Positions 26,401-39,700 of a stretch of DNA of 64,000 bases are shown here, piece after piece. The notes under the pieces were generated by a model, which ran no database searches, had not been told where the DNA came from, and saw only the letters and a program-made list of their open reading frames with translations. Position numbers and translations under genes: made by a program. The DNA comes from the human T2T-CHM13v2.0 reference genome, Homo sapiens: assembly GCF_009914755.1 (NCBI RefSeq), contig NC_060938.1; one strand, written 5' to 3'. Positions within the stretch are counted from its first letter, which is position 1, and each line of letters opens with the position of its first letter.

Positions 26401-29400
26401 TTTATAGGAAGATATTCCCGTTTCCAACGAAATCTTCACAGCTATCCAAATATCCACTTGCAGATTCTACAAAAAGAGTGTATCAAAACTGCTCTGTCAA
26501 AAGGAAGGTTCTTCTCTGTTAGGTGAGTGCATACGTCATAAAGGAGTTTCTGAGAATGTTTCTGTCTAGTGGTTATGGGAAGATATTTGCTTTTTCCCCG
26601 TAGGCCTCAGGGCGCTCCAAATGTCCACTTGCACATGCTACAAAAAGAGTGCTTCAAAGCTGCTCTCTGAAAGGGAATGTTCAACTCTATGAGTTGAATG
26701 CAAACATCGCAAAGACGTTTCTGAGAATGCTTCTGTCTAGATTTGATATGAAGATATTCCCGTTTCCAACGAAATCTTCAAATCTATCCAAATGTCCACT
26801 TGCAGATTCAACAAAAAGTGTTTTTCAGAACTGCTCTATCAAAAGAAAGATCCACCTCTGTTAGCTGAGTTCAGACATCACAAACAAGTTTATGAGAATG
26901 CTTCTGTCTAGTTTTTATTTGAAGATATTTCCTTTCTCACCATAGACCTGAAAGCTGTCCTAATGTTCACTTCCAGTTACTACAGAAAGAGTATTTCAAA
27001 ACTGCTGTACGAAAGGGAATGTTCAACTCTGTGACTTGAATGCACACATCACAAAGAAGTTTCTGAGGATGCTGCTGTCTACTTTTTATACTTAATCCCG
27101 TTTCCAACGAAATCCTCCAAGCTATCCAAATATCCACTTGCAGATTCCACAGAAAGACTGTTTCAAAACTGCTCTGTCAATAGAAAGGTTCAACTCTGTT
27201 AGCTGCGTGCATATATCCCAAAGCAGATTCTGAGATTGCTTCTGTCTAGTTTTTATGGGAAGATATTTCCCTTTTCACCGTAGGCGTCAAGGCGCTCCAA
27301 ATGTCCACTTCCAGATACTACAAAAAGAGTGTTTCAAACCTACTCTGTGAAAGGGAATATTCAACTCTGTGACTTGAATGCACATATCACAAGGAAGTTT
27401 CTGAGAATGCTTCTGTCGAGATTTTATATGAAGATATTCCCGTTTCCAACGAAATCCTGAAATCTATCCAAATATCCCCTCGCAGATTCTACAAAAAGAG
27501 TGTTTCAAAACTGCTCTTTAAAAAGAAAGGTTCAACTCTGTTAGTTGAGTACACACATCACAAACAAGTTTCACAGAATGCTTCTTTCTAGCTTGTAGGG
27601 GAAGATATTCCCTTTATCACCATGGGCCTCAAACCGTCCGATAAGTCCACTTCCATATACTACAAAAAGAGCGTTTCAAACCTGCTCTATGAAAGGCAAC
27701 GTTCAACTCTGTGACTTGAATGCAGACATCACAGAGCAGTTTCTGAGAATGCTTCTGTCTAGATTTTATAGGAAGATATTCCCGTTTCCAACGAAATCTT
27801 CACAGCTATCCAAATATCCACTTGCAGATTCTACAAAAAGAGTGTATCAAAACTGCTCTGTCAAAAGGAAGGTTCTTCTCTGTTAGGTGAGTGCATACGT
27901 CATAAAGGAGTTTCTGAGAATGTTTCTGTCTAGTGGTTATGGGAAGATATTTGCTTTTTCCCCGTAGGCCTCAGGGCGCTCCAAATGTCCACTTGCACAT
28001 GCTACAAAAAGAGTGCTTCAAAGCTGCTCTCTGAAAGGGAATGTTCAACTCTATGAGTTGAATGCAAACATCGCAAAGACGTTTCTGAGAATGCTTCTGT
28101 CTAGATTTGATATGAAGATATTCCCGTTTCCAACGAAATCTTCAAATCTATCCAAATGTCCACTTGCAGATTCAACAAAAAGTGTTTTTCAGAACTGCTC
28201 TATCAAAAGAAAGATCCACCTCTGTTAGCTGAGTTCAGACATCACAAACAAGTTTATGAGAATGCTTCTGTCTAGTTTTTATTTGAAGATATTTCCTTTC
28301 TCACCATAGACCTGAAAGCTGTCCTAATGTTCACTTCCAGTTACTACAGAGTGTTTCAAAACTGCTGTACGAAAGGGAATGTTCAACTCTGTGACTTGAA
28401 TGCACACATCACAAAGAAGTTTCTGAGGATGCTGCTGTCTACTTTTTATACTTAATCCCGTTTCCAACGAAATCCTCCAAGCTATCCAAATATCCACTTG
28501 CAGATTCCACAGAAAGACTGTTTCAAAACTGCTCTGTCAATAGAAAGGTTCAACTCTGTTAGCTGCGTGCATATATCCCAAAGCAGATTCTGAGATTGCT
28601 TCTGTCTAGTTTTTATGGGAAGATATTTCCCTTTTCACCGTAGGCGTCAAGGCGCTCCAAATGTCCACTTCCAGATACTACAAAAAGAGTGTTTCAAACC
28701 TACTCTGTGAAAGGGAATATTCAACTCTGTGACTTGAATGCACATATCACAAGGAAGTTTCTGAGAATGCTTCTGTCGAGATTTTATATGAAGATATTCC
28801 CGTTTCCAACGAAATCCTGAAATCTATCCAAATATCCCCTCGCAGATTCTACAAAAAGAGTGTTTCAAAACTGCTCTTTAAAAAGAAAGGTTCAACTCTG
28901 TTAGTTGAGTACACACATCACAAACAAGTTTCACAGAATGCTTCTTTCTAGCTTGTAGGGGAAGATATTCCCTTTATCACCATGGGCCTCAAACCGTCCG
29001 ATAAGTCCACTTCCATATACTACAAAAAGAGCGTTTCAAACCTGCTCTATGAAAGGCAACGTTCAACTCTGTGACTTGAATGCAGACATCACAGAGCAGT
29101 TTCTGAGAATGCTTCTGTCTAGATTTTATAGGAAGATATTCCCGTTTCCAACGAAATCTTCACAGCTATCCAAATATCCACTTGCAGATTCTACAAAAAG
29201 AGTGTATCAAAACTGCTCTGTCAAAAGGAAGGTTCTTCTCTGTTAGGTGAGTGCATACGTCATAAAGGAGTTTCTGAGAATGTTTCTGTCTAGTGGTTAT
29301 GGGAAGATATTTGCTTTTTCCCCGTAGGCCTCAGGGCGCTCCAAATGTCCACTTGCACATGCTACAAAAAGAGTGCTTCAAAGCTGCTCTCTGAAAGGGA

Positions 29401-32400
29401 ATGTTCAACTCTATGAGTTGAATGCAAACATCACAAAGACGTTTCTGAGAATGCTTCTGTCTAGATTTGATATGAAGATATTCCCGTTTCCAACGAAATC
29501 TTCAAATCTATCCAAATGTCCACTTGCAGATTCAACAAAAAGTGTTTTTCAGAACTGCTCTATCAAAAGAAAGATCCACCTCTGTTAGCTGAGTTCAGAC
29601 ATCACAAACAAGTTTATGAGAATGCTTCTGTCTAGTTTTTATTTGAAGATATTTCCTTTCTCACCATAGACCTGAAAGCTGTCCTAATGTTCACTTCCAG
29701 TTACTACAGAAAGAGTATTTCAAAACTGCTGTACGAAAGGGAATGTTCAACTCTGTGACTTGAATGCACACATCACAAAGAAGTTTCTGAGGATGCTGCT
29801 GTCTACTTTTTATACTTAATCCCGTTTCCAACGAAATCCTCCAAGCTATCCAAATATCCACTTGCAGATTCCACAGAAAGACTGTTTCAAAACTGCTCTG
29901 TCAATAGAAAGGTTCAACTCTGTTAGCTGCGTGCATATATCCCAAAGCAGATTCTGAGATTGCTTCTGTCTAGTTTTTATGGGAAGATATTTCCCTTTTC
30001 ACCGTAGGCGTCAAGGCGCTCCAAATGTCCACTTCCAGATACTACAAAAAGAGTGTTTCAAACCTACTCTGTGAAAGGGAATATTCAACTCTGTGACTTG
30101 AATGCACATATCACAAGGAAGTTTCTGAGAATGCTTCTGTCGAGATTTTATATGAAGATATTCCCGTTTCCAACGAAATCCTGAAATCTATCCAAATATC
30201 CCCTCGCAGATTCTACAAAAAGAGTGTTTCAAAACTGCTCTTTAAAAAGAAAGGTTCAACTCTGTTAGTTGAGTACACACATCACAAACAAGTTTCACAG
30301 AATGCTTCTTTCTAGCTTGTAGGGGAAGATATTCCCTTTATCACCATGGGCCTCAAACCGTCCGATAAGTCCACTTCCATATACTACAAAAAGAGCGTTT
30401 CAAACCTGCTCTATGAAAGGCAACGTTCAACTCTGTGACTTGAATGCAGACATCACAGAGCAGTTTCTGAGAATGCTTCTGTCTAGATTTTATAGGAAGA
30501 TATTCCCGTTTCCAACGAAATCTTCACAGCTATCCAAATATCCACTTGCAGATTCTACAAAAAGAGTGTATCAAAACTGCTCTGTCAAAAGGAAGGTTCT
30601 TCTCTGTTAGGTGAGTGCATACGTCATAAAGGAGTTTCTGAGAATGTTTCTGTCTAGTGGTTATGGGAAGATATTTGCTTTTTCCCCGTAGGCCTCAGGG
30701 CGCTCCAAATGTCCACTTGCACATGCTACAAAAAGAGTGCTTCAAAGCTGCTCTCTGAAAGGGAATGTTCAACTCTATGAGTTGAATGCAAACATCACAA
30801 AGACGTTTCTGAGAATGCTTCTGTCTAGATTTGATATGAAGATATTCCCGTTTCCAACGAAATCTTCAAATCTATCCAAATGTCCACTTGCAGATTCAAC
30901 AAAAAGTGTTTTTCAGAACTGCTCTATCAAAAGAAAGATCCACCTCTGTTAGCTGAGTTCAGACATCACAAACAAGTTTATGAGAATGCTTCTGTCTAGT
31001 TTTTATTTGAAGATATTTCCTTTCTCACCATAGACCTGAAAGCTGTCCTAATGTTCACTTCCAGTTACTACAGAGTGTTTCAAAACTGCTGTACGAAAGG
31101 GAATGTTCAACTCTGTGACTTGAATGCACACATCACAAAGAAGTTTCTGAGGATGCTGCTGTCTACTTTTTATACTTAATCCCGTTTCCAACGAAATCCT
31201 CCAAGCTATCCAAATATCCACTTGCAGATTCCACAGAAAGACTGTTTCAAAACTGCTCTGTCAATAGAAAGGTTCAACTCTGTTAGCTGCGTGCATATAT
31301 CCCAAAGCAGATTCTGAGATTGCTTCTGTCTAGTTTTTATGGGAAGATATTTCCCTTTTCACCGTAGGCGTCAAGGCGCTCCAAATGTCCACTTCCAGAT
31401 ACTACAAAAAGAGTGTTTCAAACCTACTCTGTGAAAGGGAATATTCAACTCTGTGACTTGAATGCACATATCACAAGGAAGTTTCTGAGAATGCTTCTGT
31501 CGAGATTTTATATGAAGATATTCCCGTTTCCAACGAAATCCTGAAATCTATCCAAATATCCCCTCGCAGATTCTACAAAAAGAGTGTTTCAAAACTGCTC
31601 TTTAAAAAGAAAGGTTCAACTCTGTTAGTTGAGTACACACATCACAAACAAGTTTCACAGAATGCTTCTTTCTAGCTTGTAGGGGAAGATATTCCCTTTA
31701 TCACCATGGGCCTCAAACCGTCCGATAAGTCCACTTCCATATACTACAAAAAGAGCGTTTCAAACCTGCTCTATGAAAGGCAACGTTCAACTCTGTGACT
31801 TGAATGCAGACATCACAGAGCAGTTTCTGAGAATGCTTCTGTCTAGATTTTATAGGAAGATATTCCCGTTTCCAACGAAATCTTCACAGCTATCCAAATA
31901 TCCACTTGCAGATTCTACAAAAAGAGTGTATCAAAACTGCTCTGTCAAAAGGAAGGTTCTTCTCTGTTAGGTGAGTGCATACGTCATAAAGGAGTTTCTG
32001 AGAATGTTTCTGTCTAGTGGTTATGGGAAGATATTTGCTTTTTCCCCGTAGGCCTCAGGGCGCTCCAAATGTCCACTTGCACATGCTACAAAAAGAGTGC
32101 TTCAAAGCTGCTCTCTGAAAGGGAATGTTCAACTCTATGAGTTGAATGCAAACATCACAAAGACGTTTCTGAGAATGCTTCTGTCTAGATTTGATATGAA
32201 GATATTCCCGTTTCCAACGAAATCTTCAAATCTATCCAAATGTCCACTTGCAGATTCAACAAAAAGTGTTTTTCAGAACTGCTCTATCAAAAGAAAGATC
32301 CACCTCTGTTAGCTGAGTTCAGACATCACAAACAAGTTTATGAGAATGCTTCTGTCTAGTTTTTATTTGAAGATATTTCCTTTCTCACCATAGACCTGAA

Positions 32401-35400
32401 AGCTGTCCTAATGTTCACTTCCAGTTACTACAGAAAGAGTATTTCAAAACTGCTGTACGAAAGGGAATGTTCAACTCTGTGACTTGAATGCACACATCAC
32501 AAAGAAGTTTCTGAGGATGCTGCTGTCTACTTTTTATACTTAATCCCGTTTCCAACGAAATCCTCCAAGCTATCCAAATATCCACTTGCAGATTCCACAG
32601 AAAGACTGTTTCAAAACTGCTCTGTCAATAGAAAGGTTCAACTCTGTTAGCTGCGTGCATATATCCCAAAGCAGATTCTGAGATTGCTTCTGTCTAGTTT
32701 TTATGGGAAGATATTTCCCTTTTCACCGTAGGCGTCAAGGCGCTCCAAATGTCCACTTCCAGATACTACAAAAAGAGTGTTTCAAACCTACTCTGTGAAA
32801 GGGAATATTCAACTCTGTGACTTGAATGCACATATCACAAGGAAGTTTCTGAGAATGCTTCTGTCGAGATTTTATATGAAGATATTCCCGTTTCCAACGA
32901 AATCCTGAAATCTATCCAAATATCCCCTCGCAGATTCTACAAAAAGAGTGTTTCAAAACTGCTCTTTAAAAAGAAAGGTTCAACTCTGTTAGTTGAGTAC
33001 ACACATCACAAACAAGTTTCACAGAATGCTTCTTTCTAGCTTGTAGGGGAAGATATTCCCTTTATCACCATGGGCCTCAAACCGTCCGATAAGTCCACTT
33101 CCATATACTACAAAAAGAGCGTTTCAAACCTGCTCTATGAAAGGCAACGTTCAACTCTGTGACTTGAATGCAGACATCACAGAGCAGTTTCTGAGAATGC
33201 TTCTGTCTAGATTTTATAGGAAGATATTCCCGTTTCCAACGAAATCTTCACAGCTATCCAAATATCCACTTGCAGATTCTACAAAAAGAGTGTATCAAAA
33301 CTGCTCTGTCAAAAGGAAGGTTCTTCTCTGTTAGGTGAGTGCATACGTCATAAAGGAGTTTCTGAGAATGTTTCTGTCTAGTGGTTATGGGAAGATATTT
33401 GCTTTTTCCCCGTAGGCCTCAGGGCGCTCCAAATGTCCACTTGCACATGCTACAAAAAGAGTGCTTCAAAGCTGCTCTCTGAAAGGGAATGTTCAACTCT
33501 ATGAGTTGAATGCAAACATCACAAAGACGTTTCTGAGAATGCTTCTGTCTAGATTTGATATGAAGATATTCCCGTTTCCAACGAAATCTTCAAATCTATC
33601 CAAATGTCCACTTGCAGATTCAACAAAAAGTGTTTTTCAGAACTGCTCTATCAAAAGAAAGATCCACCTCTGTTAGCTGAGTTCAGACATCACAAACAAG
33701 TTTATGAGAATGCTTCTGTCTAGTTTTTATTTGAAGATATTTCCTTTCTCACCATAGACCTGAAAGCTGTCCTAATGTTCACTTCCAGTTACTACAGAGT
33801 GTTTCAAAACTGCTGTACGAAAGGGAATGTTCAACTCTGTGACTTGAATGCACACATCACAAAGAAGTTTCTGAGGATGCTGCTGTCTACTTTTTATACT
33901 TAATCCCGTTTCCAACGAAATCCTCCAAGCTATCCAAATATCCACTTGCAGATTCCACAGAAAGACTGTTTCAAAACTGCTCTGTCAATAGAAAGGTTCA
34001 ACTCTGTTAGCTGCGTGCATATATCCCAAAGCAGATTCTGAGATTGCTTCTGTCTAGTTTTTATGGGAAGATATTTCCCTTTTCACCGTAGGCGTCAAGG
34101 CGCTCCAAATGTCCACTTCCAGATACTACAAAAAGAGTGTTTCAAACCTACTCTGTGAAAGGGAATATTCAACTCTGTGACTTGAATGCACATATCACAA
34201 GGAAGTTTCTGAGAATGCTTCTGTCGAGATTTTATATGAAGATATTCCCGTTTCCAACGAAATCCTGAAATCTATCCAAATATCCCCTCGCAGATTCTAC
34301 AAAAAGAGTGTTTCAAAACTGCTCTTTAAAAAGAAAGGTTCAACTCTGTTAGTTGAGTACACACATCACAAACAAGTTTCACAGAATGCTTCTTTCTAGC
34401 TTGTAGGGGAAGATATTCCCTTTATCACCATGGGCCTCAAACCGTCCGATAAGTCCACTTCCATATACTACAAAAAGAGCGTTTCAAACCTGCTCTATGA
34501 AAGGCAACGTTCAACTCTGTGACTTGAATGCAGACATCACAGAGCAGTTTCTGAGAATGCTTCTGTCTAGATTTTATAGGAAGATATTCCCGTTTCCAAC
34601 GAAATCTTCACAGCTATCCAAATATCCACTTGCAGATTCTACAAAAAGAGTGTATCAAAACTGCTCTGTCAAAAGGAAGGTTCTTCTCTGTTAGGTGAGT
34701 GCATACGTCATAAAGGAGTTTCTGAGAATGTTTCTGTCTAGTGGTTATGGGAAGATATTTGCTTTTTCCCCGTAGGCCTCAGGGCGCTCCAAATGTCCAC
34801 TTGCACATGCTACAAAAAGAGTGCTTCAAAGCTGCTCTCTGAAAGGGAATGTTCAACTCTATGAGTTGAATGCAAACATCACAAAGACGTTTCTGAGAAT
34901 GCTTCTGTCTAGATTTGATATGAAGATATTCCCGTTTCCAACGAAATCTTCAAATCTATCCAAATGTCCACTTGCAGATTCAACAAAAAGTGTTTTTCAG
35001 AACTGCTCTATCAAAAGAAAGATCCACCTCTGTTAGCTGAGTTCAGACATCACAAACAAGTTTATGAGAATGCTTCTGTCTAGTTTTTATTTGAAGATAT
35101 TTCCTTTCTCACCATAGACCTGAAAGCTGTCCTAATGTTCACTTCCAGTTACTACAGAGTGTTTCAAAACTGCTGTACGAAAGGGAATGTTCAACTCTGT
35201 GACTTGAATGCACACATCACAAAGAAGTTTCTGAGGATGCTGCTGTCTACTTTTTATACTTAATCCCGTTTCCAACGAAATCCTCCAAGCTATCCAAATA
35301 TCCACTTGCAGATTCCACAGAAAGACTGTTTCAAAACTGCTCTGTCAATAGAAAGGTTCAACTCTGTTAGCTGCGTGCATATATCCCAAAGCAGATTCTG

Positions 35401-36784
35401 AGATTGCTTCTGTCTAGTTTTTATGGGAAGATATTTCCCTTTTCACCGTAGGCGTCAAGGCGCTCCAAATGTCCACTTCCAGATACTACAAAAAGAGTGT
35501 TTCAAACCTACTCTGTGAAAGGGAATATTCAACTCTGTGACTTGAATGCACATATCACAAGGAAGTTTCTGAGAATGCTTCTGTCGAGATTTTATATGAA
35601 GATATTCCCGTTTCCAACGAAATCCTGAAATCTATCCAAATATCCCCTCGCAGATTCTACAAAAAGAGTGTTTCAAAACTGCTCTTTAAAAAGAAAGGTT
35701 CAACTCTGTTAGTTGAGTACACACATCACAAACAAGTTTCACAGAATGCTTCTTTCTAGCTTGTAGGGGAAGATATTCCCTTTATCACCATGGGCCTCAA
35801 ACCGTCCGATAAGTCCACTTCCATATACTACAAAAAGAGCGTTTCAAACCTGCTCTATGAAAGGCAACGTTCAACTCTGTGACTTGAATGCAGACATCAC
35901 AGAGCAGTTTCTGAGAATGCTTCTGTCTAGATTTTATAGGAAGATATTCCCGTTTCCAACGAAATCTTCACAGCTATCCAAATATCCACTTGCAGATTCT
36001 ACAAAAAGAGTGTATCAAAACTGCTCTGTCAAAAGGAAGGTTCTTCTCTGTTAGGTGAGTGCATACGTCATAAAGGAGTTTCTGAGAATGTTTCTGTCTA
36101 GTGGTTATGGGAAGATATTTGCTTTTTCCCCGTAGGCCTCAGGGCGCTCCAAATGTCCACTTGCACATGCTACAAAAAGAGTGCTTCAAAGCTGCTCTCT
36201 GAAAGGGAATGTTCAACTCTATGAGTTGAATGCAAACATCACAAAGACGTTTCTGAGAATGCTTCTGTCTAGATTTGATATGAAGATATTCCCGTTTCCA
36301 ACGAAATCTTCAAATCTATCCAAATGTCCACTTGCAGATTCAACAAAAAGTGTTTTTCAGAACTGCTCTATCAAAAGAAAGATCCACCTCTGTTAGCTGA
36401 GTTCAGACATCACAAACAAGTTTATGAGAATGCTTCTGTCTAGTTTTTATTTGAAGATATTTCCTTTCTCACCATAGACCTGAAAGCTGTCCTAATGTTC
36501 ACTTCCAGTTACTACAGAGTGTTTCAAAACTGCTGTACGAAAGGGAATGTTCAACTCTGTGACTTGAATGCACACATCACAAAGAAGTTTCTGAGGATGC
36601 TGCTGTCTACTTTTTATACTTAATCCCGTTTCCAACGAAATCCTCCAAGCTATCCAAATATCCACTTGCAGATTCCACAGAAAGACTGTTTCAAAACTGC
36701 TCTGTCAATAGAAAGGTTCAACTCTGTTAGCTGCGTGCATATATCCCAAAGAAGATTCTGAGATTGCTTCTGTCTAGTTTTTAT
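5449..36784. repeat. Macro-repeat copy A: 23 HORs (units 5-27), 31,336 bp
   Basis: The order of HOR variants and at least nine rare SNVs recur at exactly +31,336 bp. 23 x 1364 - 9 x 4 = 31,336, matching the nine deleted units in this span. Boundaries are approximate to about 300 bp. Confidence 0.93.
6167..7198. repeat. Minor HOR haplotype tract (about 13 linked SNVs); further copies at 12983-14014, 18435-19466, 37503-38534, 44319-45350, 49771-50802
   Basis: Linked alleles at 6167 (cagAgcg), 6179 (aaatAtcc), 6193 (catActac), 6209 (gtgcCtc), 6229 (gaaaCgg), 6430 (ttcaCac), 6503 (tagaGctg), 6533 (ccagAtac), 6648 (atacGtaa), 6949 (acaaAgaa), 7012 (aaatGctg), 7076 (ctgtGaaa), 7198 (ccgaAaag). Confidence 0.9.
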
Positions 36785-39700
36785 GGGAAGATATTTCCCT
36801 TTTCACCGTAGGCGTCAAGGCGCTCCAAATGTCCACTTCCAGATACTACAAAAAGAGTGTTTCAAACCTACTCTGTGAAAGGGAATATTCAACTCTGTGA
36901 CTTGAATGCACATATCACAAGGAAGTTTCTGAGAATGCTTCTGTCGAGATTTTATATGAAGATATTCCCGTTTCCAACGAAATCCTGAAATCTATCCAAA
37001 TATCCCCTCGCAGATTCTACAAAAAGAGTGTTTCAAAACTGCTCTTTAAAAAGAAAGGTTCAACTCTGTTAGTTGAGTACACACATCACAAACAAGTTTC
37101 ACAGAATGCTTCTTTCTAGCTTGTAGGGGAAGATATTCCCTTTATCACCATGGGCCTCAAACCGTCCGATAAGTCCACTTCCATATACTACAAAAAGAGC
37201 GTTTCAAACCTGCTCTATGAAAGGCAACGTTCAACTCTGTGACTTGAATGCAGACATCACAGAGCAGTTTCTGAGAATGCTTCTGTCTAGATTTTATAGG
37301 AAGATATTCCCGTTTCCAACGAAATCTTCACAGCTATCCAAATATCCACTTGCAGATTCTACAAAAAGAGTGTATCAAAACTGCTCTGTCAAAAGGAAGG
37401 TTCTTCTCTGTTAGGTGAGTGCATACGTCATAAAGGAGTTTCTGAGAATGTTTCTGTCTAGTGGTTATGGGAAGATATTTGCTTTTTCCCCGTAGGCCTC
37501 AGAGCGCTCCAAATATCCACTTGCACATACTACAAAAAGAGTGCCTCAAAGCTGCTCTCTGAAACGGAATGTTCAACTCTATGAGTTGAATGCAAACATC
37601 GCAAAGACGTTTCTGAGAATGCTTCTGTCTAGATTTGATATGAAGATATTCCCGTTTCCAACGAAATCTTCAAATCTATCCAAATGTCCACTTGCAGATT
37701 CAACAAAAAGTGTTTTTCAGAACTGCTCTATCAAAAGAAAGATCCACCTCTGTTAGCTGAGTTCACACATCACAAACAAGTTTATGAGAATGCTTCTGTC
37801 TAGTTTTTATTTGAAGATATTTCCTTTCTCACCATAGAGCTGAAAGCTGTCCTAATGTTCACTTCCAGATACTACAGAAAGAGTGTTTCAAAACTGCTGT
37901 ACGAAAGGGAATGTTCAACTCTGTGACTTGAATGCACACATCACAAAGAAGTTTCTGAGGATGCTGCTGTCTACTTTTTATACGTAATCCCGTTTCCAAC
38001 GAAATCCTCCAAGCTATCCAAATATCCACTTGCAGATTCCACAGAAAGACTGTTTCAAAACTGCTCTGTCAATAGAAAGGTTCAACTCTGTTAGCTGCGT
38101 GCATATATCCCAAAGAAGATTCTGAGATTGCTTCTGTCTAGTTTTTATGGGAAGATATTTCCCTTTTCACCGTAGGTGTCAAGGCGCTCCAAATGTCCAC
38201 TTCCAGATACTACAAAAAGAGTGTTTCAAACCTACTCTGTGAAAGGGAATATTCAACTCTGTGACTTGAATGCACATATCACAAAGAAGTTTCTGAGAAT
38301 GCTTCTGTCGAGATTTTATATGAAGATATTCCCGTTTCCAACGAAATGCTGAAATCTATCCAAATATCCCCTCGCAGATTCTACAAAAAGAGTGTTTCAA
38401 AACTGCTCTGTGAAAAGAAAGGTTCAATTCTGTTAGTTGAGTACACACATCACAAACAAGTTTCACAGAATGCTTCTTTCTAGCTTGTAGGGGAAGATAT
38501 TCCCTTTATCACCATGGGCCTCAAACCGTCCGAAAAGTCCACTTCCATATACTACAAAAAGAGCGTTTCAAACCTGCTCTATGAAAGGCAATGTTCAACT
38601 CTGTGACTTGAATGCAGACATCACAGAGCAGTTTCTGAGAATGCTTCTGTCTAGATTTTATAGGAAGATATTCCCGTTTCCAACGAAATCTTCACAGCTA
38701 TCCAAATATCCACTTGCAGATTCTACAAAAAGAGTGTATCAAAACTGCTCTGTCAAAAGGAAGGTTCTTCTCTGTTAGGTGAGTGCATACGTCATAAAGG
38801 AGTTTCTGAGAATGTTTCTGTCTAGTGGTTATGGGAAGATATTTGCTTTTTCCCCGTAGGCCTCAGGGCGCTCCAAATGTCCACTTGCACATGCTACAAA
38901 AAGAGTGCTTCAAAGCTGCTCTCTGAAAGGGAATGTTCAACTCTATGAGTTGAATGCAAACATCGCAAAGACGTTTCTGAGAATGCTTCTGTCTAGATTT
39001 GATATGAAGATATTCCCGTTTCCAACGAAATCTTCAAATCTATCCAAATGTCCACTTGCAGATTCAACAAAAAGTGTTTTTCAGAACTGCTCTATCAAAA
39101 GAAAGATCCACCTCTGTTAGCTGAGTTCAGACATCACAAACAAGTTTATGAGAATGCTTCTGTCTAGTTTTTATTTGAAGATATTTCCTTTCTCACCATA
39201 GACCTGAAAGCTGTCCTAATGTTCACTTCCAGTTACTACAGAAAGAGTATTTCAAAACTGCTGTACGAAAGGGAATGTTCAACTCTGTGACTTGAATGCA
39301 CACATCACAAAGAAGTTTCTGAGGATGCTGCTGTCTACTTTTTATACTTAATCCCGTTTCCAACGAAATCCTCCAAGCTATCCAAATATCCACTTGCAGA
39401 TTCCACAGAAAGACTGTTTCAAAACTGCTCTGTCAATAGAAAGGTTCAACTCTGTTAGCTGCGTGCATATATCCCAAAGCAGATTCTGAGATTGCTTCTG
39501 TCTAGTTTTTATGGGAAGATATTTCCCTTTTCACCGTAGGCGTCAAGGCGCTCCAAATGTCCACTTCCAGATACTACAAAAAGAGTGTTTCAAACCTACT
39601 CTGTGAAAGGGAATATTCAACTCTGTGACTTGAATGCACATATCACAAGGAAGTTTCTGAGAATGCTTCTGTCGAGATTTTATATGAAGATATTCCCGTT

